From a bacterium (lineage in GTDB: Bacteria; Verrucomicrobiota; Verrucomicrobiia; Chthoniobacterales; UBA6821), in contig JAJZSL010000002.1 in NCBI GenBank assembly GCA_021849805.1, forward strand, positions 560-64,559: a stretch of 64,000 nt of DNA. Reading direction: 5' to 3'. Positions 9,341 to 17,455 of the stretch are shown here, piece after piece (the stretch's first letter is position 1; every line of letters begins with the position of its first letter). The notes below the pieces were generated by a model, which ran no database searches, had not been told where the DNA came from, and saw only the letters and a list, made by a program, of their open reading frames with translations. The position numbers were made by a program, and so were the translations under genes.

Positions 9341-9445
9341 GCGCCTTCTTGTACACTTCACTAGCTCCCTCTTGCATCCTTGGATAGCGCTTTCTTATAC
9401 CCTTCGTCTCCCTCTTGCACCCTTTGTTTCTCTCCCACACCGTTT
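9341..9445 (+). repeat. Pyrimidine-rich degenerate ~22-bp array abutting the left end of A3
   Basis: Units are cactagcgccttcttgtacactt / cactagctccctcttgcatcctt / ggatagcgctttcttataccctt / cgtctccctcttgcacccttt / gtttctctcccacaccgttt, followed by cgtcattcc. This is the reverse-complement flavour of the purine arrays. Confidence 0.65.
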
Positions 9446-9671
9446 CGTCATTCCTGCGGAGGCAGGAATCCAGAACACGGTCAATACTCACGTTGGGAAG
9501 TATCGTCTGTGCTGCTCTCAGTGTTGCTCTGGGTGCTTGATTTCAGAGCTGCTTGATAGCGCTCTTAACAATGAAAATGATAAAGAAAGATCGTACCAGA
9601 CGCTCTCGCCCATCACAGTAGAAAGAGAAAACTCAACGGCGTTCTGGATTCCTGCCTTCGCAGGAATGACG
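9446..9671 (+). mobile_element. Family A element, copy A3 (complete, 226 bp)
   Basis: The left end cgtcattcctgcggaggcaggaatccagaacacgg matches the reverse complement of the right end (cgtcattcctgcgaaggcaggaatccagaacgccg). Each end holds the palindrome attcctgc-N4-gcaggaat. Two more partial copies of gcaggaatgacgg follow at 9672-9707. Confidence 0.85.
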
Positions 9672-9707
9672 GAGAAAGCAGGAATGACGGAGAGAGAGCA
9701 GGAATAA

Positions 9708-9814
9708 CAGTGTGTGAAGTTGGTAAAAAAACTGAAAAAAATTCTCTACTTTTTCACAAAGCACTCACCAAGGAGATCAGAGGAAACATCATCAAATTTG
9801 ATGTTGGATAAGTG
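9708..9814 (+). repeat. Family A tail module, copy T2
   Basis: cagtgtgtgaagttggta...gcactcaccaaggagatcagaggaaa...catcaaatttgatg aligns with 27283-27410 and 49636-49710. It lies on the same side of the A element and in the same orientation as those copies. Confidence 0.65.
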
Positions 9815-9989
9815 TAATGTACAATATTCTCTTGCCACTTCACCGTTGAGTTACCCCTCCCCTCTTGGGTAGGGAAGCAAGCAGGGATGCTTTGAGAAGA
9901 ACTTTTCCCATAGAAGTGATTGCTATCTTCTGATAAATTGAGTAGCTGCTCCGTACTGAAACTACTGCAACGGAAACACTACAATTTTT

Positions 9990-11327
9990 ATGATTAATTT
10001 TCTTTGGTTGGGATTGCTGTTGCTTGGCATTTTTACGGCTCTTCTAACGGGGCAGTGGGAAGCTCTGAGTGCAGCAGCTCTGGAATCCTCCAGAAGAGCA
10101 ATCATGGAGATTGCACTTCCACTCAGCGGCATCATGGCTCTCTGGCTGGGATTAATGCGATTGGCTGAGAGGTCAGGATTACTTGAGAAGTTAGCATGGC
10201 TACTACGTCCTCTGCTCAAGCTGCTTTTCCCGGAAATTCCACTTCATCATCCAGCCATGGGCTCGATGCTCATGAATATTGCAGCCAATATGCTAGGACT
10301 AGCCAATGCTGCAACTCCTCTTGGTCTTCGAGCAATGAAGGATTTGCAATCACTCAATCCCCATCCTCAAGTGGCAACCAATGCTATGTGTACTTTTCTG
10401 GCCATGAATACAAGCTCTCTGCAGCTTATTCCTACAACAGCTATTGCCATTCTTGCTGCAGCAGGAGCACTTCATCCCCAGGCTATTATTGGAACAACAC
10501 TTGTTGCAACGACTTGTTCCTTCACCGTAGCCATTCTCACAGCCAAGCTGCTTGAGAGGCTACCTTGTTTTAAGTTACCTCTGGAAGCAAGTCTCCCTTC
10601 TTCATTTCCCGCTCCCTCTAGCTCAATCACAGAAGAAAGTGATGCTTCTCTGCGTGAGGAGAGAGCAACTTCTTGGAGAGAACATTCTTTTTCTGGAGTT
10701 GGGAAGTTGCTCTTGTTTCTTTTTTTTGCTTGTTTCCTCTACGCCTTTGTTAAGCTTTTTCATCAAGCTTCCGCAGGCTCCAGTTCTTTTTTTCTTGGTG
10801 CCATCAATACCTTTTCCATCTTGGCTATTCCATTTCTGCTTGGTTTCTTCCCACTCTATGCCTTTCTCTCTGGTGTTCCTGTTTATGAGCAATTTGTAGA
10901 AGGAGCAAAAGAGGGCTTTGAAGTAGCTTTGAGAATTTTTCCTTACCTGGTTGCTATTCTCGTTGCTATTGGTACTTTTCGTGCTGCAGGTGGCATTGAT
11001 TTCCTCAGTCAGCTCTTGGCTCCTTTACTCGATAAAATCGGACTTCCTGCTCAATTACTCCCCTTAGTTCTTCTTCGTCCTCTTAGTGGGAGTGCTGCTA
11101 CCGGACTCTTTGCAGAAATTGTAAAAGCAGCTGGTCCCAATAGCTATGTGAGTCAATTGGCGGGAACAATTTTAGGAAGTACAGAAACGACGTTTTATGT
11201 CTTAGCGATTTATTTTGGTTCTGTGGCAATGAAGAAAAGTCGTCATGCTCTGGCTACCGGCTTGATAGCTGATGCCGCGGGAGTAGCAGCATCAATAATG
11301 ATCTGTCATTTTTTCTGGAAATCTTGA
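9990..11327 (+). CDS. nucleoside-recognition domain membrane protein (SpmA/SpmB-like fusion)
   Basis: 445-aa polytopic membrane protein. The N-terminus MINFLWLGLLLLGIFTALLTGQW is SpmA-like, and a Ser-rich linker separates it from a second SpmB-like hydrophobic half. Confidence 0.7.
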   Translation: MINFLWLGLLLLGIFTALLTGQWEALSAAALESSRRAIMEIALPLSGIMALWLGLMRLAERSGLLEKLAWLLRPLLKLLFPEIPLHHPAMGSMLMNIAANMLGLANAATPLGLRAMKDLQSLNPHPQVATNAMCTFLAMNTSSLQLIPTTAIAILAAAGALHPQAIIGTTLVATTCSFTVAILTAKLLERLPCFKLPLEASLPSSFPAPSSSITEESDASLREERATSWREHSFSGVGKLLLFLFFACFLYAFVKLFHQASAGSSSFFLGAINTFSILAIPFLLGFFPLYAFLSGVPVYEQFVEGAKEGFEVALRIFPYLVAILVAIGTFRAAGGIDFLSQLLAPLLDKIGLPAQLLPLVLLRPLSGSAATGLFAEIVKAAGPNSYVSQLAGTILGSTETTFYVLAIYFGSVAMKKSRHALATGLIADAAGVAASIMICHFFWKS

Positions 11328-11358
11328 GTTTTTGAAAAAATAAACTTATCTTCCTGAA

Positions 11359-11739
11359 GTGTTCCAAGTTATTTTCAACTCTCTTAGTGCCTCCGAAATG
11401 AGCGCTCTTCCCAAGGATCTCCAACTTGATTTGCTTGCCGAATTTCAAGTGCTACCAGAAGATTTTGGGCAATGTGAGGAAGAAAAATTTGGAGTGATTC
11501 GTCGCAATGGGAGGACACTTTATCGTTATCGTTGTCTCGATTATCGAATTTACTTTGAGTCGCATGCTCAGGGAATTCTTGTGCATCGAGTGCTCCATAA
11601 GAATACGCTGCGTGATTTTCTCTTTCGCTCGGAGTTACCGATGACGGAGGATGAACAAGTAGCCGATGCAACGGCATTCTGGAACTTAATTGATGAAGGA
11701 AGTAAGCAACCTCTTCCCTCCGCTCCATCTCCCTCTTGA
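11359..11739 (+). CDS. RelE/ParE-superfamily toxin-like protein with an acidic C-terminal extension
   Basis: The pattern FQVIF..LPKDLQLDLLAEFQVLPED...LYRYRCLDYRIYFESHAQGILVHRVLHK matches the RelE/ParE beta-alpha-beta layout (compare E. coli RelE ..YKIKLRSSGYRLVYQV.D..VVVFVISVGKR). GTG start. No small partner ORF is visible. Confidence 0.5.
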   Translation: MFQVIFNSLSASEMSALPKDLQLDLLAEFQVLPEDFGQCEEEKFGVIRRNGRTLYRYRCLDYRIYFESHAQGILVHRVLHKNTLRDFLFRSELPMTEDEQVADATAFWNLIDEGSKQPLPSAPSPS

Positions 11740-11780
11740 GAGGGAATTACAAGAAATATTGAGTCTACGTTTTCTCTATC

Positions 11781-12890
11781 ATGCCACAATCTATTCCTCC
11801 CACGGAGCATACCGATCTTCTTAATGCCGCGATCTTAGCGATTTCGGAAGATCAAATTTTTGGTTTTCAAGAAGATCCTTTTTCAGTCATTGCCCAGCGT
11901 TCAGGACAACCTCTAGAGCTCGTCTTAGAGAGGCTTAGAGCCATGTTAGAAGTTGGAACGATTCGGCGAATTCGCCAAACACTTGTAGCCAATAATTTAG
12001 CTGATGGAGCACTTGTAGCTTGGTGTGTTCCTGAAGAGAAGCTGACAGCAACGTTTGATTTTTTGTTTCAAAAAGATCCTTTCTCTGGTCATGTTGTGAT
12101 TCGATCTACCGATGAGAACATTCCAGGGGCTAAATATCGGCTTTGGACAACACTAAAGGTACCAGCTGGATTTTCGCTCCAAGAGCATTGCGAACTCTTG
12201 CTCAAGAAAACTGGAGCAACTTCTTTTCTGCTTCTTCCAGCTAAGGGGATTTTCACACTGGGAGTAGGACATGTGCGTCGCAAAAAATGCGAGCCTGGAG
12301 ATCGATCTCCCACTCCTGCAACCATGATGGTTCCAAGCGTTGTTCATCTCTCTGAGCTTGAGTGGAAGGTATTGACGCTGCTCAAGAGAGATTTTCTTCC
12401 TGAAGAAATTTCCCCCTTCCCTTGGCGTCGTCGTGCTCAAGAAGCAGGAGTTTTGGAAGAAGAATTCTATGCTGTGGCTCGGTCGTTTGAAGAGAGAAAG
12501 CTGCTTGGGCGTTTCTCCACTTTTCTAGAGCATGTCAAGCCTTCTGCTGCAGGAATCCGTGTTACTCGTTTCAATGGTCTCTTTCATTGGGCTGTTCCGC
12601 CAGGTATGGAAGTTGAGGCAGGGGCTCAAATCGGGCGCCATGATATCTTAACTCATTGTTATTGGCGTGAGGCAGGCCCCGACTTCCATCATGTCAATAT
12701 CATGGGAGTGGCTCATGGAACTGACCGCGCACGACTCATGGAGCATAAAGCTGCCATTGATGAACATCTTGCCTATTGTGGTATTCCCTTGCTCTACACG
12801 AATGTTTTTTGGGGAGGGAGAAGTGAAATCAAACCATCAGAAATTTCTCCTCAGATTTATCAACAGTGGAGAGGCACCCTTCTTGATTGA
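11781..12890 (+). CDS. fused two-module AsnC-type / siroheme decarboxylase-like protein (AhbA-AhbB / NirDL family)
   Basis: Two tandem modules, each a wHTH followed by a ligand/dimerisation domain. Module 1 has ..LERLRAMLEVGTIRRIRQTL..GALVAWCVPEEKL..SGHVVIRS..YRLWTTLKV... Module 2 has ..GLFHWAVPPGMEVE..LTHCYWRE..VNIMGVAHGTDRARL... Assigned by recall of NirD/L/G/H and AhbA/B sequences. Confidence 0.6.
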   Translation: MPQSIPPTEHTDLLNAAILAISEDQIFGFQEDPFSVIAQRSGQPLELVLERLRAMLEVGTIRRIRQTLVANNLADGALVAWCVPEEKLTATFDFLFQKDPFSGHVVIRSTDENIPGAKYRLWTTLKVPAGFSLQEHCELLLKKTGATSFLLLPAKGIFTLGVGHVRRKKCEPGDRSPTPATMMVPSVVHLSELEWKVLTLLKRDFLPEEISPFPWRRRAQEAGVLEEEFYAVARSFEERKLLGRFSTFLEHVKPSAAGIRVTRFNGLFHWAVPPGMEVEAGAQIGRHDILTHCYWREAGPDFHHVNIMGVAHGTDRARLMEHKAAIDEHLAYCGIPLLYTNVFWGGRSEIKPSEISPQIYQQWRGTLLD

Positions 12891-13133
12891 TAAGCATGAA
12901 GTCCATTCTACTAAGATAACATGATGACACTGCCAGCCGCTCTACTCGGTTCTGCTCTCAACCAGAAAGAACGGGGTTTGATGGGGTGTCATCTTCATGT
13001 TCCTGCTTCTTGGAGAAAAATCTCTCTCTACAGCAAACTATTCGTTTCTCTCTGGCTTCCTTTTTTCTCGCTATCTCCTCGTTATTCTTGGAAGAAGAGG
13101 AGAGGTTCGAGAGGTTCTTTTAAGAAGAAGGAT

Positions 13134-14783
13134 TTGGCTCTATGCTCTTCGTATAACTCTACTCTTGCAGAGCGCTACCGCTCCTTTGAAAAGAAGCCTC
13201 TTTTTTTTCTAATCATGGCTCTTTTAATGATGACAGCACATGCTAGAAATTATTATGTGAGTGTTTCTGGCGATGATGATGCTCCAGGGACAAAAGAATT
13301 ACCGTGGCGCTCTATCGATAAGGTGAATAAGAGTGAGTTGAGAGCAGGCGATGGAGTTTATTTTCATGGAGGAGAAAAATTTGATGGAAGTCTCCTCTTG
13401 AAAAAGAGTGGAAATAATGAAGCTCCCATTATTATTGCTTCCTATGGTTCTTCTCGAGCTACTCTTCAATCTCATGCTGAGCATACAATTTATGGATACA
13501 ACGTAGGAGGCTTTCGTATTGTAAATCTTCTCTTGCTCAATAGTGGGAAGCAAGGTAGTGGCATCATTTTCTTTACTGATGATCCAACGGGTAGAAAGTA
13601 TCCAGGAGTTTCTATTAGTCGTGTTGAAATTGCCAATCAACCAGAGAAGGGGATTAGCTTTGGTTCTTGGACATCAACAAATCCAGGATGGGATTTTCTA
13701 TCTGTGAGCAATGTTCATCTTCATGACAACGGAACTGGTATGGAGACTTATGGATATACAGCGTTTGGAGTTACTACCCATGCCCTAGGATCAATCACTG
13801 TCTTCTCTAGTGAGTTTGATCATAATGAGAGCTCTGGTTTGGTGGTTTGTGGAGCAGCAGGAGGAATGATCGTGAAGTCTTCGTTTCACCATAATCAAAG
13901 TGTAGGAGGATGTTGGACTTGGGGAACGTCGAACATAATCATCGATTGCTGTATTTCTCATGACAACTTCAAGGGAGATGCTAATGATGGTTTTGGCTTT
14001 GATTTAGATGGAGGATCTGAGCATTGTGTCATTCAACGGTGTCTCTCCTATCATAATGAAACTCCTGGTTTCGTTATTTTTGATTACCCTCAATCTGCAT
14101 GGACAGCAAATAATGTCATTCGCTACTGCATTAGTGAAAATGATGTTCGCTCTGATTCTTCGTGGGGAAGTTTTGAAATTTTCCCCTGGGGAGACACGCC
14201 TATTGAAAATTGTCATATCCACAATTGCGTGGCCTACCTAACGAGTCGTGCTGGAGAAAGCAGTGTCAGCGGTTTTGAAGCTTATGGTCAACAAACTCAA
14301 TCAGGTTATTATAGCGGAAAGACTTCAGGATGCAGCTTCCGCAATAATGTTATCTATTTAGATCAAGCTGGTTCTGATATGCTTTTTCTTACTTGTCATC
14401 TTGGAGCAGTAGAAAGTGCTCAAATAGCCATCCAAAATAATATTTACTATTCCTCTGCCCAGGAGGGAGCCATTTCTTTTCTCGATCATCTCTACACCCA
14501 TGTTGAAGATTGGAAATTGGCTTTTCCGCATCAAGAATCTCTTGATGGAACGAGGCTAGAGAGAGTCGTTGATCCTTCTTTTTGCTCAGTAGGTCATGGG
14601 TGTGAAATCACTGACCCTCAAGAAATTGATAACATGATTTCCTATTGCCCAACTTTTTCTTCTCCTTGCCGTGGTAATGGATTAGATCTTTCTACTCTTT
14701 TTGGTTTTCAAGAGGCTTCTGCGGATTTTCTGAGTAAGGATATTCCTCGTGATGGTCCCTTTCCTATTGGAGCAATCCAGTAG
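13134..14783 (+). CDS. secreted right-handed parallel beta-helix repeat protein (pectate-lyase-fold)
   Basis: ARNYYVSVSGDDDAPGTKELPWRSIDKV..AGDGVYFHGG is the canonical beta-helix N-cap. NxxG/HDN-type turns recur downstream. The end is firm. The start is uncertain (12921 ATG, 13134 TTG or 13215 ATG); see the finding on this gene. Confidence 0.7.
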   Translation: MALCSSYNSTLAERYRSFEKKPLFFLIMALLMMTAHARNYYVSVSGDDDAPGTKELPWRSIDKVNKSELRAGDGVYFHGGEKFDGSLLLKKSGNNEAPIIIASYGSSRATLQSHAEHTIYGYNVGGFRIVNLLLLNSGKQGSGIIFFTDDPTGRKYPGVSISRVEIANQPEKGISFGSWTSTNPGWDFLSVSNVHLHDNGTGMETYGYTAFGVTTHALGSITVFSSEFDHNESSGLVVCGAAGGMIVKSSFHHNQSVGGCWTWGTSNIIIDCCISHDNFKGDANDGFGFDLDGGSEHCVIQRCLSYHNETPGFVIFDYPQSAWTANNVIRYCISENDVRSDSSWGSFEIFPWGDTPIENCHIHNCVAYLTSRAGESSVSGFEAYGQQTQSGYYSGKTSGCSFRNNVIYLDQAGSDMLFLTCHLGAVESAQIAIQNNIYYSSAQEGAISFLDHLYTHVEDWKLAFPHQESLDGTRLERVVDPSFCSVGHGCEITDPQEIDNMISYCPTFSSPCRGNGLDLSTLFGFQEASADFLSKDIPRDGPFPIGAIQ

Positions 14784-14796
14784 GATAAGAGCACGA

Positions 14797-14962
14797 TATA
14801 GTCAAATTACTTAGAAATTACAAGAAAGAACGCAGAGATTTTTAAAAAAGGCAAGGCCGAAGACCGAGCGCTATCTCAACGATAACGTGATGGGATGAGA
14901 ACGCTGCATTTTTTAAATAAGATCAAGTCAATTTCCTGTAATTTCTAAGTAATTTGACTATA
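14797..14962 (+). mobile_element. Family B MITE-like element, copy B1 (166 bp)
   Basis: Left TIR tatagtcaaattacttagaaattaca and right TIR tgtaatttctaagtaatttgactata. The core aaggccgaagaccgagcgctatctcaacgataa is shared with the copies at 23729 (inverted) and 57118. Confidence 0.85.
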
Positions 14963-15065
14963 TACTCAAGGAAATGATGATCATGGAGGAGAAGCCTATG
15001 CTGCTCGATGACTAAGAAAAAAGAGCGCTCTTTACTCTTCCCTCTTGGATGACTATGCTCGTTTG

Positions 15066-15791
15066 ATGTCTTCAAAGAACGTGAGGATTGTTTGGGGTAG
15101 GTCTCAGAGTCGGACTTTTCAGGTTGTCGTCAGGTTGTGTCTAGCTGTTGCCCTTCTTCAAGTGATAGCTGCTATTTTTCTTCTAGCTCCTGCTTGGGTA
15201 GGCCACTTGGTAAGCCAGTTCGCTAACAACGAGAAAATGGAACCTGTTTTTTCTCCAGAGAAGATGTTGTTGCCAACACCCGTTGAAAAAGCAACGCCAG
15301 CTCAAAAGAGGATTCTCAAGGAACCTATTGCTCTCTTAGAAAAGGAGACTATTGAGAAAACAATCTCCTCTGGCATGGAGAGTGGACTACAAGTAGGAGA
15401 AGCGCTTTCACTGGTGAGCATTCAACATCTTCCTGGTTCTCAAGGAGAGCATACGCTCAAAATTGCTATGAAATCGCGCATGCATGAATCCATTGCCATC
15501 TCAGAAGTCAAGGTCCAAGTCTATTTTTATGATCAAGTAGAAGGAGAAATTGTAGCTAGTAAATCACCTGTTACCTCTCACTGGCTCAATCCAGCTGTTG
15601 ATTGGAGCCGAGGTAATCCTCAACTACTTGAGGTTACCTATGAACCAGATAATAATAATCCTGATACTCATTATCTCGGCTATGTCGTCGCTGTTTATTA
15701 TCGAGGTGAGTTACAAGCTTATCGCGCAGATCCTCCATCGATTACGAATCGATTTCCTATCAAGGTCTATATAGGCCAAGAAGATTTTTAG
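15066..15791 (+). CDS. hypothetical single-pass membrane protein with a beta-rich C-terminal domain
   Basis: One TM segment (VVVRLCLAVALLQVIAAIFLLAPAWV). First ATG at 15066; the track start at 15045 is TTG. No family recognised. Confidence 0.5.
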   Translation: MSSKNVRIVWGRSQSRTFQVVVRLCLAVALLQVIAAIFLLAPAWVGHLVSQFANNEKMEPVFSPEKMLLPTPVEKATPAQKRILKEPIALLEKETIEKTISSGMESGLQVGEALSLVSIQHLPGSQGEHTLKIAMKSRMHESIAISEVKVQVYFYDQVEGEIVASKSPVTSHWLNPAVDWSRGNPQLLEVTYEPDNNNPDTHYLGYVVAVYYRGELQAYRADPPSITNRFPIKVYIGQEDF

Positions 15792-15840
15792 AGTATTCTT
15801 CACTGCATGGTGTTAAGAATCGGAGGAAGAAAAGTTTCTC

Positions 15841-16638
15841 TTACCAACCTTGGATCACACTTCCTGGCAAAAGCTCTTTTGCTTTTTCAAAGACTTCAGG
15901 GCTTTGGTAGGCTTTAACAAAGTTTTTTATCAACGTTGAATCTTTTTCTCCTTCACGAGCCACAATGATATTGACATAAGGGGAATCTTTTTCTTCAACA
16001 AAAAGTCCATCGCGTGATGGCAGAAGATTGATCTCAGCGGCATAGCCTGTGTTAATAATAGCAAGATCGACATCTTCTAGTGAGCGTGGTAGTTGCGCTG
16101 CGTCAAGCTCAATGATGGAGAGATTTTTAGGGTTTTCAATGATATTTGCTGGTGTTGCTCTAGTGCCAACTCCTGGTTTCAAGGTGATAAGGCCTTGTTT
16201 TTGGAGTAGAAGAAGAGCGCGGGCCATATTGCTAGGATCATTGGGAATGGCAACCTTGGAGTGATCTTGAAGCTCGTTGAGGTGATGAATTTTCTTAGAG
16301 TAACCTGCAATGGGGAAGACAAAAGTCTTTCCAACAATGGCAAGATGATAGCCTCGATCCTTTATTTGAGCTTGAAGATAAGGCTCATGCTCAAAAGCAT
16401 TCAAATCAATGGAGCCATCATTGAGAGCTGTATTGGGAATGGCATAATCAGAAAAAGTGACTACTTCCACATTGACGCCATATTTTTCCTTAGCAATTTT
16501 TGCAACTAAGTTGATTAAATCAGACTCACGCCCAGCCATCACCCCTACTCGCAGGGTGTTGCTCTCTTTTTTTCTCTGACAACTAGAAAGTAGAAGTATA
16601 GCTAGCAAGATGAGGAGGGGGAGAAGTCGTAATTTCAT
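15841..16638 (-). CDS. metQ: methionine ABC transporter substrate-binding lipoprotein (NlpA/MetQ family)
   Basis: Lipoprotein signal MKLRLLPLLILLAILLLSSC and an NlpA-type body. Operonic with metI and metN. Confidence 0.85.
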   Translation of the reverse strand: MKLRLLPLLILLAILLLSSCQRKKESNTLRVGVMAGRESDLINLVAKIAKEKYGVNVEVVTFSDYAIPNTALNDGSIDLNAFEHEPYLQAQIKDRGYHLAIVGKTFVFPIAGYSKKIHHLNELQDHSKVAIPNDPSNMARALLLLQKQGLITLKPGVGTRATPANIIENPKNLSIIELDAAQLPRSLEDVDLAIINTGYAAEINLLPSRDGLFVEEKDSPYVNIIVAREGEKDSTLIKNFVKAYQSPEVFEKAKELLPGSVIQGW

Positions 16639-16696
16639 GGGGGAAGAAAAGTTTTTTAATAAGGGTGAATAAGAGCAGAGTTAATAAGTCTTATAC

Positions 16697-17344
16697 TTAA
16701 GATGACCGGTGGTTGTATTTTGCTACCAAGTGGTTGCCGCCATACTGGATTCCCTGAACAAGAATAACAAGAATGAAAATCGTTGCGAGCATCATTGGTA
16801 AGTCAAAGCGTTGATAACCGTAACGAATGGCAATATCGCCCAAGCCACCTCCTCCAATAGTGCCAGCCATTGCTGAGTAGTCGACTAGGTTCACAAGTGT
16901 CATGGTCATGCTATTGAGAATGCCAGGGAGTGCTTCAGGAATGAAAATTTTGATAATAATCTGCCTGGGACTCAATCCCATAGCATGAGCTGCATCGATG
17001 AGTCCTGCTGGCAACTCCATGAGAGCTCCTTCAACAAGGCGAGCAGTCAAGGGAATGACTCCTACACTTAAAGGAATAATGGCTGCGACTGTTCCAATAC
17101 TTGTTCCTACAATCAAACGTGTGAGAGGAATAATGGCTACTAAGAGAATAATGAAGGGAACGGACCTTCCAATATTGATGATGATTTCTAAACCGTGATG
17201 AAGCTGAGGATGCGATAAAATTTGATTTGGTTTGGTAACTTCAAGAGCAATACCTAAAGGGATTCCAAAAAAAGAAGCCAAAAGAGCAGAGCAGAAGACC
17301 ATGAATAACGTTTCAAAAAAGGCATGAGTAAGAATAGCGAGCAT
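16697..17344 (-). CDS. metI: methionine ABC transporter permease
   Basis: 215-aa five-TM permease with MetI-type sequence. Adjacent to metN and metQ. Confidence 0.85.
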   Translation of the reverse strand: MLAILTHAFFETLFMVFCSALLASFFGIPLGIALEVTKPNQILSHPQLHHGLEIIINIGRSVPFIILLVAIIPLTRLIVGTSIGTVAAIIPLSVGVIPLTARLVEGALMELPAGLIDAAHAMGLSPRQIIIKIFIPEALPGILNSMTMTLVNLVDYSAMAGTIGGGGLGDIAIRYGYQRFDLPMMLATIFILVILVQGIQYGGNHLVAKYNHRSS

Positions 17345-17455
17345 AGAGAGGATGGTTGTAATTATTGGCAGGAAACTAAACCATACTAAAAATCTTAGTA
17401 GTTCTCCCTTACTTTCAAGAACATTGATTTGAAGAGAAGGTTTTTTTAAGCATGG

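Noticed and set aside
8845-9707. Two ORFs (108 and 111 aa) with near-identical Cys-rich C-terminal halves (..CCSQCCSGCLISELLDSALNNEND..AFWIPAFAGMTE..).
   Set aside because: They are read-through of the A2 and A3 repeat copies. The diverged A1 copy does not keep this frame open on the same strand. The VIPAEAGIQ/FAGMTE-type peptides are translations of the terminal hairpins.
12921-13133. A 70-98-aa N-terminal extension of the beta-helix protein, as drawn in the ORF track.
   Set aside because: The composition is low-complexity and basic, it precedes a complete signal peptide, and it is more likely non-coding. This is uncertain; see the finding.
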